From positions 1-39,981 of the IMG/VR virus record IMGVR_UViG_3300046808_000067: a stretch of 39,981 bases of DNA, one strand, 5' to 3'. The notes below the pieces were generated by a model that saw nothing but the letters and a program-made list of their open reading frames with translations, made no database searches and had not been told where the DNA came from. The position numbers and the translations under genes were made by a program. This DNA is from a virus (lineage: Duplodnaviria; Caudoviricetes). Below are positions 16,461-24,874 of the stretch, piece after piece. The stretch's first letter is position 1; every line of letters starts with the position of its first letter.

Positions 16461-17507
16461 TTATTTGCTCATTCGGGCAACTCTGGCGGCAATCCAATCG
16501 TCCACGGATTGTGAACTCTGAAACCTTTGATAGGCTTGATCGGCATTCTTTCTCGCGGTCTTCGCACCAGACTTCGCTGCTCCAGCACCGAACGGGGTTC
16601 CAGCCACTTTGGCCTTGGAAATAGTCCCCGCTGCTTTCGCCGCGCTCTTGGTCTTCTGACTCCTATGAATTGACCGAACTGCGTGTGCCAAAATGTATGG
16701 GAGTTGCGGCCCAAGATCAGGAACATGCAGGTTAACCAAATCGACAAGTGGATCAGACAGGAGTGCTTTGTATTGTTTACCGATAGGTGATTCCTCGTCG
16801 GCAACCTCTGGCACTTCTTGCGGGATTAGCGCAGTAAACTGCTCTCGCATTTGCTCACGCTGCGCTCGCTTGGCAAGCTCGGCGTGCTGTGCTGGTAGGT
16901 ATTTTGCCATAGCTTCCCGCGCATTGCGGTTGGCTCGACGAATCTCCTTCTTCGTAAACTCCTTGTCTCCCACGACGATGATGTCTTCTGCACCGTAATC
17001 TTCGTGTTCTTCAAGGATTGTGTCGGTCTCCTCCGCGACCTTCTCCAGTTCCTCGTACTTCGCTTTGAGTCCTTCCACAGAGTCGATGTCTCTGAAAGGG
17101 TTTTGCTCGGCGGGGATGACTGGCAGTGGTTTCGTTTCGGCCTGAGCATTCAGCTTCTCCTCAAGAGCTTTCTTTTGTGCCGTCAACTCACCTACACGGT
17201 GAAGGAGTCGGCTCCTGCTCTTTTTGGCTAAAGCTTGAAGTTGCTCTGGGTTTAGCGACAACAAGTCTACTTCCTGTTCCTCGTCACCTTCTTCCTCGTC
17301 TTCGGCTTCCTCCTCGGTGTCGTCCTGTTCGTCGGAAACTGCCTCTGGTTCCAGAGTCTCTTCCTCTTCCCAAGATTCTTCCTCGGTCACCTCCGCTTCA
17401 GCTTCGGGTTCTGAGTATTTCTGAGTCCTTTGTGCGATTAAATCTTCAAAGGATATGTTAGACGAGGGATTTTGGGCTTCCTCGGTAGCCTCGGATTGCA
17501 CATTCAT
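16461..17507 (-). CDS. Capsid scaffolding protein
   Basis: Very acidic N-half, R..ELTA.KK coiled coil, directly upstream of MCP. Confidence 0.8.
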   Translation of the reverse strand: MNVQSEATEEAQNPSSNISFEDLIAQRTQKYSEPEAEAEVTEEESWEEEETLEPEAVSDEQDDTEEEAEDEEEGDEEQEVDLLSLNPEQLQALAKKSRSRLLHRVGELTAQKKALEEKLNAQAETKPLPVIPAEQNPFRDIDSVEGLKAKYEELEKVAEETDTILEEHEDYGAEDIIVVGDKEFTKKEIRRANRNAREAMAKYLPAQHAELAKRAQREQMREQFTALIPQEVPEVADEESPIGKQYKALLSDPLVDLVNLHVPDLGPQLPYILAHAVRSIHRSQKTKSAAKAAGTISKAKVAGTPFGAGAAKSGAKTARKNADQAYQRFQSSQSVDDWIAARVARMSK

Positions 17508-17802
17508 GTTTTTGACACCAGTTAACGCCCGGCGGCGGCGATGACCTAGCAATGTGGAGGGAGTTTATATATGTCAACAATGGGACACATGGGTGTGGAT
17601 ATATGTGAATACATATAAGATCACAGATTGTGACCTTAAACTTGACGCAAAAATGCCCAATTATTTCCGTCTTGATCGTTGAAATCCACGCCACGAATGC
17701 GGATATTTTGACGGGTAATTCTCGTCACAAATGGCGAATGATTGCGCGTTCTTGGGTTATGTCGGCAAAGATGGCGAGATCAAGTGGTGATCAGTTTGGA
17801 GG

Positions 17803-17831
17803 TTGACTTGGCGCAAAACCCCAACTAGGAT
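17803..17831 (+). promoter_or_regulatory. Sigma70-type promoter
   Basis: TTGACT-17 nt-TAGGAT. Confidence 0.65.
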
Positions 17832-17837
17832 TCGCCT

Positions 17838-17942
17838 TGACGGGAGTAAGCATCTTAGTCACCAATCACCCCTCCGAAGCGTAGAGCAACGGATCTAGGG
17901 CTGGCACGGGTCGCTTACTCCTCGTGCTAGCCCTTTGTTTTT
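17838..17942 (+). ncRNA. Candidate ~100-nt RNA/attenuator ending in an intrinsic terminator whose loop is complementary to the 5' end
   Basis: GGAGTAAGC (17843-17851) vs GCTTACTCC (17913-17921); 14-bp stem 17897-17910/17921-17934 then TTGTTTTT. Confidence 0.6.
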
Positions 17943-18271
17943 ACCCGAAGGTCTGGCAACATAGACAAGCAACCGAGGAACGCTCAAACGACCGCACGGA
18001 AGCTAGGTAAAAGTCCACAAAGGTGCTGCCTGATGATCGACGAAGCAGCTTAAAAGTGTGTGACGACTAGAGAGTTTGATGCCGCCAACTCACAACCTTC
18101 GGCTATCTCTAGTTCCAGCCTAGCTGGTGTGCATGTCGTCCTTTCCGAAGAATATACGGGAGTATGAGGCACAGTTAACCCGTTATGGGCGAACTGTGTC
18201 TGCGAGCCTTCCTCTAATGCCGGGAGTTTCGGTATGCGCTAACCTACCAAAAACTGGACAGAAAGTGGACT
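17938..18271 (+). ncRNA. Candidate structured non-coding RNA or long 5' leader
   Basis: No ORF of 60 aa or more in any frame; dense inverted repeats (see findings). Confidence 0.4.
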
Positions 18272-18353
18272 AATTGTCGTATATTACCACATTTTTGATT
18301 ATTTTCTGGACTTTTTCAATTAAATTACTTGAATCCAAAGACATCCAAAAACA

Positions 18354-19229
18354 ATGAAACTACTCGACCCACCACCACCAACGAAATGGAATGTTCTTAA
18401 CCTTGGGGCTGGGGTGCAGTCCTCATGCCTTGCCCTTATGGCAGCCAAAGGCGAGATTACGCCGATGCCAGACTTTGCGGTATTTGCTGACACTCAAGCA
18501 GAACCAAAGTCAGTTTATGATTGGCTTGACTGGTTGGAGAAGCAATTGCCTTTTCCTGTTTATCGTGTGACTAGAGGGTCGCTTACGGCTGATCAACTTA
18601 CGAAATCAGTAAGGAAAAGGGATACTGAAAACGCTAAGGCTGGAACATCATACATTAAGAGCATCATCCCAATGTTTGGGTTAATGCCAAATGGCGAAGT
18701 TGTTGCTGCAATTGGCAGAAAATGCACTTCGGACTATAAAATAATTCCTATTCAGCAACAGATAAAGAAAATGTGTGGAATAGAACGCGGGCAAAAGCAT
18801 GTTTCTGTTACACAATGGATTGGCATTTCGTGGGACGAATTGCAACGCATGAAAACATCAAGAGAACAATGGACTCAACTACGCCATCCGCTGATTGAAA
18901 AAAAGATCCGCCGCCATGATTGCCTTAAATGGATGAAAGATAATGGCTATCCAGAACCACCGAGATCGGCTTGTGTTTATTGCCCATTCCACTCAAACAC
19001 CGAATGGCGCAGATTGAGGGATGAGGAGCCAGAAGAGTTTCAAAAAGCAATTGTATTTGATAGCCTTTTGCGTAGAGCATACAAACAAAGCGATGATGTG
19101 ATGAAAATGGAGGTTTATTTACACCGATCCTGCAAACCGCTCTCCGAGATTGATTTCGACTCTGATGAGCAAAAGGGGCAACAAGTTTGGGACTTCCAAG
19201 CAGAATGTGAAGGGATGTGCGGAGTGTGA
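18354..19229 (+). CDS. PAPS-reductase-family (PP-loop) protein, Cys-rich
   Basis: LNLGAGVQSS, FADT..E, R.CT.DYKI.PI, WIGIS.DE, PPRSACVYCPF, C-terminal ECEGMCGV. Confidence 0.85.
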   Translation: MKLLDPPPPTKWNVLNLGAGVQSSCLALMAAKGEITPMPDFAVFADTQAEPKSVYDWLDWLEKQLPFPVYRVTRGSLTADQLTKSVRKRDTENAKAGTSYIKSIIPMFGLMPNGEVVAAIGRKCTSDYKIIPIQQQIKKMCGIERGQKHVSVTQWIGISWDELQRMKTSREQWTQLRHPLIEKKIRRHDCLKWMKDNGYPEPPRSACVYCPFHSNTEWRRLRDEEPEEFQKAIVFDSLLRRAYKQSDDVMKMEVYLHRSCKPLSEIDFDSDEQKGQQVWDFQAECEGMCGV

Positions 19230-19261
19230 TGTTTCCACATATTAAGCCCTGCTTAATAGCT

Positions 19262-19344
19262 AAAAAGAAAGGCCACGGATTTGCAGCCCGTGACCTTTCC
19301 CCAAACCTGAAACAATGAAACAAGAAGCACAAAACCAGCTTCCT
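19262..19344 (-). ncRNA. Candidate ~83-nt small regulatory RNA
   Basis: Own promoter, 5' hairpin AGGAAGC/GCUUCUU, unpaired GUUUCAUUGUUUC, terminator GAAAGGUCACGG/CCGUGGCCUUUC plus U5. Confidence 0.7.
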
Positions 19345-19349
19345 GCTGG

Positions 19350-19378
19350 AATGTAGGATGGGAGTGAGGTGATGTCAA
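19350..19378 (-). promoter_or_regulatory. Sigma70 promoter for the sRNA
   Basis: TTGACA (19378-19373)-17 nt-TACATT (19355-19350); -35 overlaps the upstream TGA. Confidence 0.75.
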
Positions 19379-19578
19379 GACAGCACCGAGAGCAACTCGT
19401 CTAGAGCGGCCACAGACCCGGCGATCTTCATCACATCGTTGGATGACTCGCACATACGCAGGTCACCGAAGAACTTCTCGCGCTCGTCGCGGATGAACTG
19501 AACGATGACCTTGAACTCGTCGCGGTCGGAAAGTGTTTCTACGGCAATGTCGATTTCTGGTTTGGGTATCGGTGTCAT
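19375..19578 (-). CDS. Hypothetical protein (post-portal small helical protein)
   Basis: Start MTPIPK adjacent to upstream stop. Confidence 0.7.
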   Translation of the reverse strand: MTPIPKPEIDIAVETLSDRDEFKVIVQFIRDEREKFFGDLRMCESSNDVMKIAGSVAALDELLSVLS

Positions 19579-19579
19579 G

Positions 19580-19768
19580 TTACTTGCGCTTTTTAGACAT
19601 TCCTGCCTCGGACATAGCGATGGCAATTGCTTGTTTACGGCTACGCGCCAGCGGGGCTTTCTTCGGGCCTTTTGGGTTTCGGCCAGCATGGAGTGTACCA
19701 GACTTATATTCGCCCATCACTTTTGCTACTTTCGCTTGTTTGGAGGGTTTGGTCTTTGGTGTCTTCAT
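19580..19768 (-). CDS. Small basic protein (KV.KVM.EYK.GTLH..KQAIAIA.SEAG type)
   Basis: Recognisable recurrent phage motif. Confidence 0.75.
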   Translation of the reverse strand: MKTPKTKPSKQAKVAKVMGEYKSGTLHAGRNPKGPKKAPLARSRKQAIAIAMSEAGMSKKRK

Positions 19769-19775
19769 TTTAGTA

Positions 19776-20018
19776 TTATTTCATGCTTTTATCACCTTTA
19801 CAACGCCATTTCTTACGAGACAGGTTGTTGGGTGAGTTTGGATCACTGCGCCAGTCACCCTTGATCTTGTTGGAACGCGCACAGTACGCATCACCCTTCT
19901 TCGTGCCGGGTCGTATGCGATCCTTGCCGTCAGCGGCCTTGCCTGCCTGCCCGTAGCGCACGGTCTTCTTGCGACCAGTCTCTGGGTTGGTTACGACTTT
20001 CTTGAATCGCTTTTCCAT
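19776..20018 (-). CDS. Small basic protein (YCARS..SPN.LSRKKWRC type)
   Basis: Recurrent phage motif; TAATG coupling to portal. Confidence 0.75.
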   Translation of the reverse strand: MEKRFKKVVTNPETGRKKTVRYGQAGKAADGKDRIRPGTKKGDAYCARSNKIKGDWRSDPNSPNNLSRKKWRCKGDKSMK

Positions 20019-22087
20019 TACTGCTGCATGCCTTGCGTTTGCATTCCACCCATCTCAGCGGGTGCTGTGCCGATGCGACCAATCTCTGCGTTCTGGGCTT
20101 GTTGGAGCTGGAACTGGTACTGTTCTCCGTACTTCTGCAAGCGTGCCGCGAATGCCTCGTCCTGCTGTGCGCGAGCCGCGACATCTGGTTGCTGGACATA
20201 GGCTTGGAGCATCTGCATTGCGATCTGTGCGCCATTCGGTTGGGCGGGGACTTCGATGCCAGCGAATATCTTCGCAAGGTCGTCGGTGACATTCTTCATC
20301 ACCTTCTGCTGCGCTTCCTCGGCGGGTTGCAGTACATAGTCGGCAAAGATTGGGTTGATGCTGGATGCCGTGAACTCAAGCAGCTTGTTGACATCCACGA
20401 TGCCATTGCGGTCGAGCTGGACGAGCGAAACCATGTTCTTGAGTTGCGTTTCAGCAGTCTCTGGGTCATTTGATTGCGAGTCAAAATTGACCACGATGGA
20501 GAAGTTTTCGTCCGGGCTACCCTTGGTCATCACCTGCGGGTTGGGATTGCCAGTGACTTGGAAGAAGACCTCGTCCGGCCCCATGCGTTGGTAAAGCTTC
20601 CACGCTAGGTTGAGGACATCGCGGACATGATCCAAGAACTTGCTCACGAAGTACTGCTGCCTCATGGCAGAAAGCGGGTTCTGAAGGTCAAGTCCAACGC
20701 TACGGTCGGCTTGGCCGATCATGGAAACCTCCACCTCCACGGAGCCAGAGTCCATAGGTGGCGGCGGCCCCCACTGGATCTCACCTAGGCGACGATATGG
20801 GATGCGCCTACCCGGCCCCCAGTCGGAGGGTGGCTTGCCAGCAGGGTGCATGAGCGGTGGCAGGGTTGCCAGAGACGCACGGTCAACCCGCGAGTCACGC
20901 TCGGTTTTGATCTGGAGCTGTGCGCCACGGAGGATGTCACCGAAGGTCTGAACCTCGTACATCCGTTTTTGATTACTGGACAAACGGGTTACCACAAACG
21001 GGTAGTCGTCATAGCCGTTAAGAAGTTCGTGCTTGGCGTAGCCCTCAGCCTGCGGGTGGAACACGGTGCAGTAGATGCCCTCGGAACCGTCCTCTTCGTC
21101 GATCAGACGCTGGTAGCCGTAGACGACCATCACAAGGTCGTTGTCGTCGGTGATGGGAAGGCGGGTCACATTCTTTTGCTTCTCACCGTCGAGATACATG
21201 GAATCCTTGCCGCGCAAGGTCTCAATCGCCTTGTCAACCCACTCCTCGTCCCAGCCCTCGTTGGTGACCTTTTTCTCAAGCTCTTGAGCGGTTAAGAATG
21301 TTCTCCAAAAAATGTAGGGGCTGCGCTGCGGGTCGGACACATAGGGTGGCAGTATCACCTCGCCATCCGGGGCGCAGGAATGTACCACCGGGCGGTCTAC
21401 CGTTACCCTAGGAACCGCGATTTGGGCCTCACCTTTGCTTCTTAGGTCTTTGAGTGCCTTTTTGGCTCTCTTCTCCGAAAGGGCAGGGAAGGCCGTCAGA
21501 ATCAATCCTAGGGCCATTTCCGTGGCATTCTCATCCATGAGCAGGTCAACCATCTCTGGAGCGGCCTGCGCGATCTCATCCAGCGTCATGGTCTGGAGGA
21601 AGGTTCTAGCCTCCCGCTGCCAGCCGACATACGAAATCATGAGGCCCTTTTCGAGCAAGTAGTTAGCCCCAAGCTCCATTTGCTCGCGGAAATTAGGGAT
21701 GTAGGTCGAGCGCATCCACTTTAGGAAGCCAGAGACCATCGCCGCCCGTGGCATAGATGCCATTGAGGTTGGGAATGCCTTGATGTGGGAGCGTTGCAGG
21801 GCTTGGTCAAAAAGTGCCACATAGGTGTCAATCCGCTCACCAATGACATTCACCTCTTGGTCGGATGCTCCCTCCCACGGGAATGCGTTAGCACCGTGCT
21901 TGCGGAGGTCGTCGCTCTTGCCCGGCCAGATGTTCCTACGCTCGTCATAGCTGCGGAGGCAGGTCTGGAAGTACTCGTCCAAGTCGATGAGTGCGGTCTC
22001 GTAGGCAGACGCTAGGGAGCGCACATCCGGCTCGCTTTCGAGGTAGATCAACGCTTCGCCTTCTAAGGCTTCTGATTCAGTTTCCAT
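20018..22087 (-). CDS. Portal protein
   Basis: 689 aa, downstream of terminase, FPWEGASD motif, Q/M-rich C-terminal tail. Confidence 0.8.
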   Translation of the reverse strand: METESEALEGEALIYLESEPDVRSLASAYETALIDLDEYFQTCLRSYDERRNIWPGKSDDLRKHGANAFPWEGASDQEVNVIGERIDTYVALFDQALQRSHIKAFPTSMASMPRAAMVSGFLKWMRSTYIPNFREQMELGANYLLEKGLMISYVGWQREARTFLQTMTLDEIAQAAPEMVDLLMDENATEMALGLILTAFPALSEKRAKKALKDLRSKGEAQIAVPRVTVDRPVVHSCAPDGEVILPPYVSDPQRSPYIFWRTFLTAQELEKKVTNEGWDEEWVDKAIETLRGKDSMYLDGEKQKNVTRLPITDDNDLVMVVYGYQRLIDEEDGSEGIYCTVFHPQAEGYAKHELLNGYDDYPFVVTRLSSNQKRMYEVQTFGDILRGAQLQIKTERDSRVDRASLATLPPLMHPAGKPPSDWGPGRRIPYRRLGEIQWGPPPPMDSGSVEVEVSMIGQADRSVGLDLQNPLSAMRQQYFVSKFLDHVRDVLNLAWKLYQRMGPDEVFFQVTGNPNPQVMTKGSPDENFSIVVNFDSQSNDPETAETQLKNMVSLVQLDRNGIVDVNKLLEFTASSINPIFADYVLQPAEEAQQKVMKNVTDDLAKIFAGIEVPAQPNGAQIAMQMLQAYVQQPDVAARAQQDEAFAARLQKYGEQYQFQLQQAQNAEIGRIGTAPAEMGGMQTQGMQQ

Positions 22088-22361
22088 GATATAATTCGTA
22101 GGTGTCGGAGTCTATTTTCTTTGTGACTTTAATAGCCTTTTTGAGCAGTCTTGGGGAGAGTCTAGCTGGGACTTCTACCGCAATGCGGTTCCCATCCAAT
22201 CCTGCATATACATACCGAGGGTTAATTGCGAGTCCAATCACCGTCACCTCCAGCACCTCTGGAGTCTCAACTGCAGGTTCCTCGGCGGCAACCACAGGTT
22301 CTGCCTTGGGTTTTGCTGACTTAGTCGCTTTCTTGGTCGTCTTCTTGGTCGTTGTTTTCAT
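22077..22361 (-). CDS. Hypothetical protein
   Basis: K/T-rich N-terminus then small beta domain. Confidence 0.7.
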   Translation of the reverse strand: MKTTTKKTTKKATKSAKPKAEPVVAAEEPAVETPEVLEVTVIGLAINPRYVYAGLDGNRIAVEVPARLSPRLLKKAIKVTKKIDSDTYELYHGN

Positions 22362-22509
22362 GAATTCCTGATTGTAGGGTTAATTCTACGACCTTCATCA
22401 CCAGTACGCCAATAACGGACGCATAGGTTAGGTCAAATTCCTGTGTAAATCGGTCGATGGCGCGGTTGATCGCATCGTCAAAAGCTTCTGTTTGGTCTCC
22501 GTCTGTCAT
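22321..22509 (-). CDS. Hypothetical protein
   Basis: TAATG coupling to terL. Confidence 0.65.
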   Translation of the reverse strand: MTDGDQTEAFDDAINRAIDRFTQEFDLTYASVIGVLVMKVVELTLQSGIHENNDQEDDQESD

Positions 22510-24107
22510 TAGTAGCCTCCTGTGCCTTGTCTAGTTACATTTATATGAGATCCGTCCACATGGTCAATAGCAGCGACAGCGGCATATCGCAGAACATCAA
22601 TCGGGTCTTTCCATGCCTCCTTTAGCCCTCCGTCACCCGTGTACTCGGACAGGGCTTGGATGATGTTATCGCAGTCCTCGGACACATAGAAGTGCGGTCG
22701 GTTGACAGAATCAGAAGGTTTCGTGGTGTCCCACGACATCTTGCCGATCAATGCTTGGAGACCATCGTCGATCTCCAGCCCCGGAGCTGGGATGCAGATG
22801 ATGTCCTCATCGCTCAAGTCTTCGATGATGCTAGACGCTCCGTCCGAGGCTTGGTACTTCGCCGCCCCTAGACGAGGGTCAATCAGTCGCTCGGTGATCT
22901 CCTCGTCACCCTCAAGGTCTCGGATGAGTTCCACATAGTCGCGGATACCATAGCCTTGGCCTTTAGCCCCATCGCCGGGCATCCACTTGCCACCCTTCCA
23001 TTCAGCCCAGTCTCCCACATCCACACCCGGCCATTCGCGGTAGACCCAGAATGTTCCTGTAGCGTCAACTGCCACCCAGCACATGAACCAGTTCTTGGCT
23101 CCCGCAGGGTCGATGATGTGATAACGAGTGATGTTATTAGTCGGAATCTTGTCCGGGCTAACCACATTAACCTCCTTGTTGAACTTGGGAAACTTGGTGG
23201 CGTGGGACTTTACAGGAACCCCGTACGCACGAATTAGGATCTCCTCCCTAGGCCGACCAACCAAAGTCTCCTTAATACGCTCGTAGCCACCGAAAGGGTT
23301 GTCTTGGGAGTGGAAGTAATGCACGGATGCATTGCGCTTCTTGCTCCTCTGGACATAGGGGACAAGCTCACCATTTAGCAGTTCGGCCTCCTTGCTCTCG
23401 ACGCTGGTAGCACCGTCTAGGTACTCCTTGATCACCTCTGTGTACCCGTCAATCGGGGTGAAGGTCAGCAGTAGCTTTGCGTTGCGGGTCGCTAGTCGGA
23501 ACCGCAGGGTGTTGATTAGCTCAGGGCCAAGCAAATACTCATCCAGCCAAACGCCCACATTATGCCAATTAGGAGTGCGCGAACCCAACTCTGCTCCCTC
23601 CAAGATTGTGGGGTTGTTTTGGTACTGCGAGTATGTCTTGAATATGATCTGAGAGCCGTTGGGTAGGATGAGCGATGAGTCAGTGAATCCATTCTTCTTA
23701 GTATAGCTGATATATGTCCCAGAGGAAGTCTGCTTTGTGCGTAGCTCGGCTGGAAGCCAGTCCCACACGGCACTCTGCTGCTGGCGAATGCTCACCTCGG
23801 AAGTTTGTGCAAAGCACATGATCTCGGCGTTGGGGTTCTCTATCGCCGCACGAACCACGGAGAAGGCACCCCACTGCGTCTTGCCGCTGCGGTTGCCACC
23901 TAGTGCCACAATCTCGTTCACCTCGTCTAGTTGCTCCTCGGCCTTGGCCCAGTGTGGAAGTCGGAAACCAAAACGATACGGATCGCGCTCGGCGTTGTCT
24001 ATGGCTTCGTGGTAGACCCTGTGCAGCTCCACAAGGTCGGCAGGCTCCATGAGGGCAATCTCCTCATCGGTAGGCGGGGAAAGGATCTGGTGGGTGCGCC
24101 ACTTCAT
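22509..24107 (-). CDS. terL: Terminase large subunit
   Basis: Walker A GGNRSGKT, Walker B VWLDE, motif III LTFTP, nuclease IIDP and KDPIDVLRY. Confidence 0.95.
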   Translation of the reverse strand: MKWRTHQILSPPTDEEIALMEPADLVELHRVYHEAIDNAERDPYRFGFRLPHWAKAEEQLDEVNEIVALGGNRSGKTQWGAFSVVRAAIENPNAEIMCFAQTSEVSIRQQQSAVWDWLPAELRTKQTSSGTYISYTKKNGFTDSSLILPNGSQIIFKTYSQYQNNPTILEGAELGSRTPNWHNVGVWLDEYLLGPELINTLRFRLATRNAKLLLTFTPIDGYTEVIKEYLDGATSVESKEAELLNGELVPYVQRSKKRNASVHYFHSQDNPFGGYERIKETLVGRPREEILIRAYGVPVKSHATKFPKFNKEVNVVSPDKIPTNNITRYHIIDPAGAKNWFMCWVAVDATGTFWVYREWPGVDVGDWAEWKGGKWMPGDGAKGQGYGIRDYVELIRDLEGDEEITERLIDPRLGAAKYQASDGASSIIEDLSDEDIICIPAPGLEIDDGLQALIGKMSWDTTKPSDSVNRPHFYVSEDCDNIIQALSEYTGDGGLKEAWKDPIDVLRYAAVAAIDHVDGSHINVTRQGTGGY

Positions 24108-24643
24108 GCGACAATTTCAGCCTCGACTGCCTGCGCCTTCACCTTGCTGGCGATGCGAGATTTGGCCTCTGCGATCATCTTCGCGGCATCGTCGATAGAT
24201 GCACCCTGCCTGTGTTCCACGACCGCAGTAGCCATGCCAGAGAGCTGCATGGACTTGTCCGTGAGGACACCCACGGTGATCGCCAGTCGGTCGGGTGAGA
24301 TATTCTTGAGCTGGTCGGGGTCGTCGGAAAGCTGGTCGGCCTTCGCAAATAGCAGGTCGGTGTAGGTCTCCGCTGCCATCGCGTACTTCTGGCTGAACTC
24401 CTTACGCTTCGTCTCCAGAGTGTCGCTGTGCCGCCACATGAGTGACCTAACGGTGTCACGGGCAAGCCCGGTGATCTCGGAGGTACTTTTGATAGACTTA
24501 CCCTGTGCCAGCAACCAGAGGCACTTTGCCGCTGCCTGTGGGTTCCAGAACTCCACACGCTGCCTGTTGCCGTGTTCCTCGGCTCGGCGCATGACCTCTG
24601 CGAACCATTCTTGATCTGGTTCTGCGGTTAGTTTCTCGCTCAT
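24104..24643 (-). CDS. terS: Probable terminase small subunit
   Basis: HTH (LLAQGKSIKSTSEITGLARDTV), LAI..GVL.DK..L.G motif, ATGA-coupled to terL. Confidence 0.7.
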   Translation of the reverse strand: MSEKLTAEPDQEWFAEVMRRAEEHGNRQRVEFWNPQAAAKCLWLLAQGKSIKSTSEITGLARDTVRSLMWRHSDTLETKRKEFSQKYAMAAETYTDLLFAKADQLSDDPDQLKNISPDRLAITVGVLTDKSMQLSGMATAVVEHRQGASIDDAAKMIAEAKSRIASKVKAQAVEAEIVA

Positions 24644-24655
24644 GGTGAGTGATTT

Positions 24656-24874
24656 TTACTTCAGCTTGGAGGCGTTTGCAATAGCGGAAGAGTTGCCTTT
24701 TGCTGTGCTTCTGGAGTAGCTTTTTGACATTAGTTCTTCCAATTGATCGCATTCACGAAACGCCATTTCTAAATCTGAGTCTTTTTCGTAATTGATCGGA
24801 AGTGATCTCATCATCTTTGAGTACTTCAGAACATCGTTTAGCTCATTAGGCTGAATGATCTCGTTGTTATTCAT
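24656..24874 (-). CDS. Hypothetical 72-aa protein overlapping the end of the giant ejection protein
   Basis: 8-nt overlap with upstream gene; AT-rich like the last module. Confidence 0.5.
   Translation of the reverse strand: MNNNEIIQPNELNDVLKYSKMMRSLPINYEKDSDLEMAFRECDQLEELMSKSYSRSTAKGNSSAIANASKLK

Noticed and set aside
18025-18049. Hammerhead ribozyme (CUGAUGA..GAA)
   Set aside because: GAAG rather than GAAA, no stem II, and both flanks pair with each other, so no three-way junction or cleavage triplet
18005-18272. RNase P RNA (AAAGUCC..ACAGAA.GUGGACU resembles P4 flanks)
   Set aside because: No bulged U in the putative P4, no GAGGAA, no enclosing P1 and no other conserved regions found; kept only as a generic structured-RNA candidate
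22509-24107. Intron, intein or stop-codon recoding in core genes
   Set aside because: TerL, portal, capsid and DnaB are uninterrupted and of normal length in the standard code
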